Assembly (NCBI GenBank): GCA_015680685.1 | Contig: MNCI01000754.1 | Coordinates: forward strand, 25,057-89,056 | Length of the DNA stretch: 64,000 bases | Direction of reading: 5' to 3' | Source of the DNA: Gnetum montanum | Taxonomy: Eukaryota; Plantae; Gnetophyta | Shown: in pieces, positions 55,601 to 64,000 of the stretch | Numbering within the stretch: the first letter of the stretch is position 1 | Layout: the number at the start of each line of letters is the position of its first letter | Notes under the pieces: generated by a model | Seen by the model: the letters and a program-made list of their open reading frames with translations, nothing else | What the model was told of the DNA's origin: nothing | Database searches by the model: none | Translations under genes and position numbers: made by a program

Positions 55601-56237
55601 GTCGGACAATCTATCCACGTTTGCATCTATATCCATGAACAATCCAGTGTCTGCATCCATGAACAGTCCTCAATTCCTTAATGTTCATTATGGCAAAGAC
55701 TTTACTGTGGTGCAGGAGCTTCTGTCCGTCTCAGACTACACAACTTGGGAGGTCGCTGCTGCCACAGTTTTGGTGTTGTTTTTTTAAAAAAAATATATAT
55801 TCTGGCTGTGCTCACCTATTTGTTTGCCAGAGTCTTCTCCCATTCTTTTTTTTTTAAATTTTTAAACGTGGATTATGGATAGTGTAATTCCTGCCTTCTC
55901 TAGAACAGACCTTTAAAATTTGTGGGCAAATTTTGAAACATCATTTTAGCCACATACTTAACTACTTTCTTCAGTAAAAAGTGCTGATAATATATTGATA
56001 AGTGCATGATTTGTATAAGCTTCTCTATGACCATTTCCTTTCTCTAGTATCTACTTTTTCTATTCCATGAAATGGCCAAATGTGCCAACAATATGCGCCA
56101 AAAATTTCAACTTTATTTCTATAATCTTCCAAAGGGACCTCCAAAAAGGACTAGTAAACTTGGAATCTCTATCACTAAAAATATTCAAAGGAATCCCATC
56201 AAACTTCATAAAATGTTGGAAAAATAAATTTGCAACA

Positions 56238-57226
56238 TGAAGTAGGCTCACTCAAATATTAAATCACCTTCCAATACTAAATCCAAATATCATGAAAAGA
56301 TAATTAATTTTCTAGAAAACAAAAAAAACTAACTATCTTCAATTATTCAAAGAGAAGATTATAACAGGATTCCACAACCCATAAAACATTAAATAATCTC
56401 ATACACTCAAATGATGTAGTAGATCATAAGGCTCTACAACTACACAATGATTATTCTCAATGTAAGACATAACTGATAAAGAGTTCTTCTCACAACATGG
56501 GATTGGTCTCAGTTCACAAGACACAAGAGACACCAAGTCAATACTCACCCAATTGAATAGAGCTACAATACACTAATTCACTCTTTATAGATTTTCTATT
56601 GACATCTCACTTACATTTCTCTATGACATCTCATGATCTCTCATGGTGGTATAAGCATGAAACATAATCCATAATTATTAACCAAGCAAGCCAATAATTG
56701 TAGGAAGCCTTCCTTAAGCTTCATCGAAAGATCCTATGCTATTTTCATCTTTTTCTCCCATGTTTTGTTTGTTTCCAAACTTGAAATGATCATTTCAAAA
56801 GTATCCCTTCCTATTCAAGTCATCTTTGACCTTCTCAAGACATATCACTGTGAAACTACCAATTCTAGAAAGATGTCTCATTCTTAACTAAGACATCTCT
56901 TAGTATTGTGGAGATGCCTTGGTCCAGTTTGAGGCATCTTAGCTAAGATGTCTCACCATTTTTTGAGATGTCTTATAGCCATCGAAGAAGTCTCATACAT
57001 TTATGAGATGTATCATTTAATATGTCTATCAAAAATGCTAGGATGTCTTATACAAGCTCTCAACTTAGTTCAAATGTCTCCTATCTTCCAATACATCTCT
57101 CTTCAAATCCCACATCTCAAGGAAAATAACTCCTATGACCTCAAATATGTCTTCACAAAGCCTAAAACCTACAAAAACTACACATAGGAAAGAGAACAAG
57201 AAAATTAGAAGAGGTGTACCTACACC
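56238..57226 (-). repeat. Additional LTR related to the element E LTRs, inside element E
   Basis: TGAAGTAGG..CCTACACC; similar to 51467-52315 and 60606-61462 but more diverged; no TSD. Confidence 0.75.
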
Positions 57227-58574
57227 CCTTCGATATGAGACACACTAAACTTCACCACATGCACCCTATATAATGCATCAACCACTACATTGGATTTTTC
57301 ATTGTTTTTCTTGAGCACAAAATTGAACTCCTTTAATTGTGTCATTAACTTCATGTGTTTAGCACCTCACTTCTTTTGTGAACTAAGAAATTGAAGCACT
57401 TTATGGTTAATCATCAAAGTGAACTCCTTCAGTAATAAGTGATGCCTTCAATGCTTGATTTCTTTAAAAAAAATGTGCAATCATTCTCATATATGCTATA
57501 TTTCTATCTTAACTCATTTAACTTTTCTGAAAAGAAAGTAATAGGTCTACCTTCTTGTGAAAGCATTCCTCCAATGGCAACTTTACATACATCCACCTCC
57601 ACCTAAAAAGGTTTCTACAAATCTAGTATTAGAAGCATTGATTCAACAGTTATTTTTTCCTTCAACAAGTCAAAGATCCTTTAGGTCTTATCACTCCACC
57701 TAAAATCCTGATTCTTCTTAAACAAAGTAAACATGGGCCATGGAATACCACTAAATTTTTTTATGAATCTTCTATAAAAACCTGCTAAACTAAGAAATGA
57801 TCTCAGCTTCCCAACATTTCTAAGATTACGCCAATCTCTATTATTCCATATCCTAGTAACCTCTATTTGAATTTAATTTGTAGAAATTACATGTCTTAAA
57901 TATGTGATCTTCCTCTTGAAGCAATTCCTCTTCTTTACATTGATCACTAAATGTACCTCCTCCAATTTAAGAGACACTCTTTTCAAATAGTCCAAGTACT
58001 CCTTCTCATTAGAGTTGTACACTAAAATATCATAAAAAAGATAATATAACACTTGCTAGTTAAATCATTAAGAACATCATGTATTAGCCTTATTAATGTA
58101 GTGGGAAAATCTATGAACCCCAATGGCATCACCAACCATTCAAACAATCCATCTAGTGTCTTGAGAGTTGTCTTCCATTCATCACTAAGTCTCATCCAAA
58201 TTTGATGGTAACTACTCTTCAAATCAGTTTTGCTAAAAACCTCTATATTAGTAAGGACATCAAGGATATCATCCATACTTGGAATAGAAAACCTATACCT
58301 CACTATTTTTCTATTCACTACCCTAGAATCAATGGATATTATCCATCCTTCGCTAACTTTCCTTAGCATAAGAACTACTAGAACTTTATAAGGAGAAATT
58401 AACTTTCTCAAAAAGCCATTCATAAGTAACTCCTCCACTTTCCTTTCTAATTCAACCCACTTATATTGTGCCATCTAGTATGCCCCCTAATTTGTAATGA
58501 TAGCACTAGGGATGAAATTAATTTAATGCTAAACATTTCTCATTGGTGGTAATTCATCTAGTGTCCTCTTGAAT

Positions 58575-58655
58575 CCTCATCATCATCCTATTCTTGTCCC
58601 AACAAAACGGGTTCAACTACATGAGCTCTTTTCTACATTCACCTCTATGAAGAGT
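58575..58655 (-). mobile_element. RTE-LINE 3' end inserted in element E
   Basis: Minus strand CTCTTCATAGAGGTGAATG..CATGTAG..CCCGTTTTGTTGGGA..GATGATGATG matches 12691-12770. Confidence 0.75.
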
Positions 58656-60605
58656 TAAATTTATGTATCTTTGTAATGGAAAGCTTGGAAAATTACTCCT
58701 TTAATCTTAGCACACCTATTAAAAGTTTTTCTTGCATAACATCATGGCTAGAAGAAATAATTAATACAACCACAAAACTAAAAGCAACCTTATCATGTTC
58801 CTTAATATATTCATTTCTCCAAGAAGAATTAAGGAAGCATTAAGTGAGCTTTGTTGCCTCACATATTCAACCATCATAAGAATCAACTCATTTATTCTAT
58901 CAGGTCTTGCTACACTCCACATATTTCTTGCTCCATGAAATTGCACAAAATTATCAAAATTCCAAGGCTTTATAAGAATTACATTAGCATAATCAATTGG
59001 TACTACATTACATTTTACAACATCATGATAAACTTTTAATTTTAAATTTCAATACATATTGTTCTCTCACCTCTTGAGAAAAGTCTCTTGATAACCAATG
59101 TACCTTGTAGGATCTAGGGTAAGGATAAGTTACTAATTCTAATTTAGCAATTTTTCTAGAAGAAATAATATTTTCTCAGGCTTCTCCATCAATCAAAATA
59201 TGAATCCATTTCCCACTAAGCAAACATCTAGCCCCAATCCAAAATAACAAATTTTTTATGGATGATCTCCTCTATTTGCATTTCTCATAAATGCATAAGA
59301 ATTCAATTTAGAAACTTTATTAATTTTGGGTGCATTAGGATTATCTCTATAAATATCTTGTCTTGATGTCTCATCCACTTTCATAGTTTATACATCCTTA
59401 CCCTTGGCTGCCTTGTAAATTAAACATTCCTATTGTTTGTGTTTTCACTCTCCACATTTGAATCACTAAATCTTGGATGAGTTGCTACCTTGATCCTTGC
59501 CTCATTTTCCTTGGTTCTTGGTCTTTTCCTTCTCATCACACTTCTCTTGATTCTTATAATGGCTTCCATGCTTGTATTCAAATTTTGACTTAGATCTCTT
59601 GTCTTTCCATTTGAAGCTTATTTGCTTATACTTCCAAATCCATTGAGTTTCTTTTCTACCTTAAGTGTTAAATCATAAGTTTCATCAAGAGCTTATGACT
59701 CATAGAATGAAAACTCCTATTGATACATCATTTTGAGACCTCCAAGAAAGATGGAGTCTTATTCATATTCCTTCTAGTTGACCTTAGCTTGATGGAATAG
59801 TTCACAAAATTCAATGTCAAACTTCTTCACATCCTGGTCTCCTTATCTAAGAAATTTTAGCTTCATGAGTATATCTTATCTCTGCTGAGATTATGTAAAT
59901 GTTCATCTCAAGCTGTAATTCATCAAATTTTAATCCCTACTAGGTTGACCATTTTTTTCTCATAACTTTGGGATTCTTTTTCCCACCAAGTTAAAATATA
60001 CCTTCTAATCTAGATTTAGCAATTGGTAACCTTAATTGATTTGGTACCTCTTCTAACTCAAAATACTTGTTAAATACCTTCAACCAACTTGCAAAAGCAT
60101 TATTACCATCTACATTGTTAAAAGTCTTTAGCTCCACATAAATAAGTCTTTTCACATTTTAAAACACTCTAGAAAGTCTTGTTTTACCTTCATCATCAAG
60201 CTAGCCATGAGAAGAAGTTGATGTCTATGATTGAGTTTTAACATGAATATTTAAATTCCCTTCCCCTAGAATCCTAGGTTGATGGGTTCTCACACTTCCA
60301 TAGATGGAATGTTCTTCCTCCTCATCTACTTCCCCTCTACTAGGCTAAGAAACTTCTTCATCATTATTATAGAAATAATGCTCATCATTACCATGAGTTT
60401 GAATATGACTGGAACTTGCATTCCTATCTACCTTGGTATTGATCTCATCCAATTATTCAACCATTAGCCGAAAGGCAGATATCATGCTCTTCATATGTCT
60501 GTTTAGAGCTTGAACATTTTTCTTTCTAGAAGCCATTTAAAATAGACATAAAAATCCACAACCAAATTACAAATGATAATAAACCTAATGGTCTTATACC
60601 AATCC

Positions 60606-61462
60606 TAATGCAGGATCACTTCAATTTACTTTAGCCCTTTAAAATACACTAAATATTATGCAAGACTATTCAATTTCTAGTAAATGAGAAAAATATCTAT
60701 ATTATATTAATTTAAAAGAAGATTACAATTATAGTGGAGCCATAATCTCACAAAACAGAAATCACACATAGACTCAATGATATTGCAGAGCATGAAGCTC
60801 TATAATTACATATACAGTTGACCTCAATGCAAGGCAAAATTGATCTAGATCTCTCCCATACATAGGACTGAGATTTACAAAGAGAGAAAGAGTTACAATG
60901 ATTAATATCACATACAATTGATCAAAGAGATGCATACACTCTCATGCAATCTCTCTCCCAATTCTCTCATGCATTCACATGCACTCTCAACTGTAACATG
61001 TAACTTAAAATCAATATTTATAAATTACAAGATTAAGAAACCTAGGAAAACCTTTCCAAGTACAAACTTAGAAATTCTTATCTATTTCCAATCTTTATCT
61101 CATCTTTTCTAATCATTTTCCATCTTGGAATTATCAATTTGAAACTTTCTTCAACTGTATGGGACATCTACAGGCTTAGCAAGATATCTTTCAATTAAAC
61201 CCAAGCCTCAGGAAAGGCATCTCCACTTGAGATAAGATGTTTCCTCTTGTTAATAAATGTCTTCTATTTGAGATAGACATCTCTCTTAAGATGTCTCCTC
61301 TCCTAGAAAGACATCTCGAAGGCACTTGGGATGTCTTTTGTGTCATTCTAGCTCTTAGACAAGACAATTCTATGGTGTCCAAGATGTCTTCTGAGGTTTT
61401 AAAAATCTTTAATCTTCTCTTATAGGGTTAAAAAGGGGTTTGGAAGAAATTTCTCTACACCA
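60606..61462 (-). repeat. 5' LTR of element E
   Basis: Adjacent to the tRNA-iMet PBS; ends CTACACCA, followed by TCTAT. Confidence 0.85.
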
Positions 61463-64000
61463 TCTATCCTACAAGAAATGGTTATACATGATCCATTAAG
61501 TTCTTTGTTTAATACCTCTAGAATGTTAGAGGTTAATTTCTAGGTGGAAACTATAGTACCAATAGTTTGGTTTGAGACTAATATATAAATCCATGCACAT
61601 TATAGTTTGGCATTTGGTTTGAAAATTACTTATGATAAAAGTTCACATTTGAAACTAAGTGTGATACATGCTAGCCTTCTTATTTGCAAGTTGATGGATT
61701 GGAGTGGATAATTTTGTTTAATTAGTTTTTTGTTCATTATTAAGAACTATATATGTTGTGTGATACATTGTTTAGAATTTTTATGCTTACTAACATGTGT
61801 TACAAGCTAGTATGTCTTCACCTAGCTACCATGAGACTTTTCCTCAACTCAACTGAAGGAGGTACCAAGGTTTCTCAGTCAATATATTCTTAGCCCCTTC
61901 TTTATTTTTTTTAAGTCACTAGGGCTAGGTCAATCAAGGAGATTTCTTGATACTTGTGATTTATCATTTGATGAAATTCATTCTTATTTTCCAACATTAG
62001 TCTATTTATCTATTTAGCATATTATGATATTTATTGAAAATTACTAGTTAAAAATTTTAACCTTTATGTTTGGATCATGGATATTTATATGTATGATTGA
62101 ACATGTATTGGTACTGTTAGATATTTATAGCTATGCAATAATTCTTAGATATATATGTTATTGTCTATTTTCAGTTTATCATTTTCTCTCAATCCACTTT
62201 TGTATATATTTTCTATTTATTTAGAATTTTTTTTTCATTATTAACATCTTTCCTTTTCTTTTGGTAATGATTTCATCATAATTTCTTCCACTTTCATATT
62301 ACTACATTAGTATATTTTGATTTTTAGTTTCTTTTATTATGACCAATTCATTCATTAAGGGTTATATATCCACTGTAATGCTCTCTAGGTTAGGAAGGAG
62401 GATATTACAAGCTAGTATCAAAGCATAGGTTTGATGATTTTCTTATTTCTTGTTGTTATGTCTAATGATGATAAGTGCTACAAGTGGATGTGACCATGGT
62501 ATAAAGATAAATTTTGGGCCTAGCATCTCATCTCTAATACTTGATTCCATCTAAATTGAATGAAGGAGCATATAACTAATCCTCAAGTAAAGACTATTGC
62601 TTTCACTTCTACTTTTATTATGAATAAGAAGATTAATTAATTATATATCTACTGCTATCTATTCTAGTTCCTCAATCAACATATGAATAAGAACTTGAAC
62701 ACATCATTAATGCTTATTTCTTTAGGGAGTGGTAGTATTGTTAGATGATCAATGGAACATAAGCTTGTGGAGTAATTCTGCAAGCTAGGACTACCTATAT
62801 TCTAGGGTGAGAAGGTCTTTGTTGCTACCACTAACTTTTTGGAAAATATCATGAAGATCTTCAAGTTATTGGACAATTATCCTATGTAAAAAAAATCAAT
62901 TAGCAACCTATCAAATCAAAGGTTTCACTATTTGTTGGTGGGATACTTAGGAAAAGGCATATTATTGGGAGGATTATGATGTTCATTGGAGTAACATCTT
63001 ACTTACTTTAATGAGTATTATGTTCCTTTGGAATATGCAGAGAAAAAAGTAGATGAGTTCTAGTATCTCTACTAAGGAAATTGGACCATGACTAGGTATG
63101 ATTGTAAGCTTTGAGAGTTGATCATGTATTTTCCACACATACATTTTGATAAAATGGCTAAAGTAAACCATTATTCCCATGCTCTTCATGTATTCATTAA
63201 GGGTAACTTTCTACTTCTTCATTTTCATACATATGAGAATGCATGCGTTGATGTGATGGACTTGACACATAGTTAATTAGTGGAAATTTTACATCATGAT
63301 CATTTTCAAAAGATGAATTAAGCCTCTTCTAGAAATTCTAGTGGATTCAAGAAGGTTATTACAAGAGATTTGTTGAGAATTTCTCTTATATTAGTTAGTC
63401 TCTTACAAATTTTTTGTAAAAGGATGTTGGGTTCTCATGGGATTCACAGTATTTGGCTACTTTTGATGAACTCAAGGTAGACTAATTTTGACTCCCATAT
63501 TGATTTTTTCTACTCCAACTCATATGATGTTACACATATATGTCAAGTGAAGGTTATGAGTGTGTTCTCATGCAAGAAGGAAAAGTGATAGCATATGCTT
63601 CAATATAGCTAAAGCCTGATGAGATGTATTATTTCACTCATAATCTTAAGCTAGGATTGGTGATGCTTACCTTGAAGGTTTAGTACTACTACTTATTCAA
63701 TAAGAGGTTGATGATTTTAACTGATTACAAAGGACTATAGAACCTAATGAATTGGCCATAGTTAAACCTATGTCAAAGGGGATGGATTGAATTGTTGGCT
63801 AATTTTCACTTTACCATATAGTATCTATAAGAAAAGATAACCTTGTTATGGATGCCTTAATTCATGTGACTGGTAAGATTTATAGCTTGGTGATTCAATC
63901 AAATGTATTAGATAAGATTTCGGTAGAGCAATAATGAGATCCTTTGTGTAAGTAACTTAGGCAATCTAGAGATCTATCATTTTAAGTGAATACACTTAGG

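Larger units (their letters stand above)
53140..56090. mobile_element. Insertion G: TGTTGGC...GCCAACA termini, TSD ATATG, carrying host gene fragment(s)
   Basis: ATATG at 53135-53139 and 56091-56095. Removing the insert rejoins the element E integrase motif KF..AYH..GQ. CpG-rich relative to its surroundings. Confidence 0.85.
51467..61462 (-). mobile_element. CRM-like chromovirus E (TSD TCCAT/TCTAT)
   Basis: LTRs ~51467-52315 and ~60606-61462; PBS TGGTATAAGACC 60590-60601; gag with CCHC remnant ~59425-59470; PR ILIDGEA ~59170; RT (DEWKTTLKTLDGLFEWLVMP) 58022-58474; RH ~57270-57620; INT (SDRDSKFTSPFW); chromodomain remnant ~52390-52520. Confidence 0.85.
49501..64000 (+). mobile_element. Tekay/Del-like chromovirus F: 5' LTR (49501-51466 + 61468-62409) split by element E, then PBS, gag remnant and RT-end/RNase H
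   Basis: The two LTR halves are contiguous when aligned with the reverse complement of 31310-33524. The LTR ends TTACA at 62409; PBS TAGTATCAAAGC (TGGTATCAGAGC, tRNA-iMet) at 62413-62424. RH reads VLMQEGKVIAYAS..YFTHNLKL, like Tekay YPTHDLEL. Confidence 0.78.

Noticed and set aside
55159-55787. ORF-track ORFs 55178-55513(+), 55518-55787(+) and 55159-55485(-) as real genes
   Set aside because: Antisense or off-frame shadows of the GC-rich PPR pseudogene.

Overview
AT-rich, heavily decayed plant heterochromatin made almost entirely of nested Ty3/gypsy LTR retrotransposons. I can support no intact protein-coding gene, RNA gene or CRISPR array. Contents: (i) one Athila-like family present as a near-complete minus-strand copy (A, <1-11740), a 3' fragment (C, 17826-~24700), a solo LTR (29278-30386, TSD TATCT) and a full-length plus-strand copy (B, 35892-49231, TSD AGATT); A, B and C each carry a decayed ~2.9-kb env-like extra ORF; (ii) a Tat-lineage fragment (D) with an additional archaeal-type RNase H placed between protease and RT; (iii) a Tekay/Del-like element (F, 49501->64000) whose 5' LTR is split by a CRM-like chromovirus (E, 51467-61462, TSD TCCAT/TCTAT), which is itself split by a CpG-rich ~2.95-kb insertion (G, 53140-56090, TSD ATATG) carrying a pseudogenised fragment of an OTP43-like PPR gene; (iv) three RTE-LINE 3' ends. 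The most interesting signals are the captured PPR fragment, an apparent internal promoter plus conserved 5'-UTR intron in front of the Athila env-like ORF, and the PR-aRH-RT domain order. That order and the strong CG/CHG deamination suggest a gymnosperm-like host (inference). All protein similarities were recognised by eye; no searches were run.
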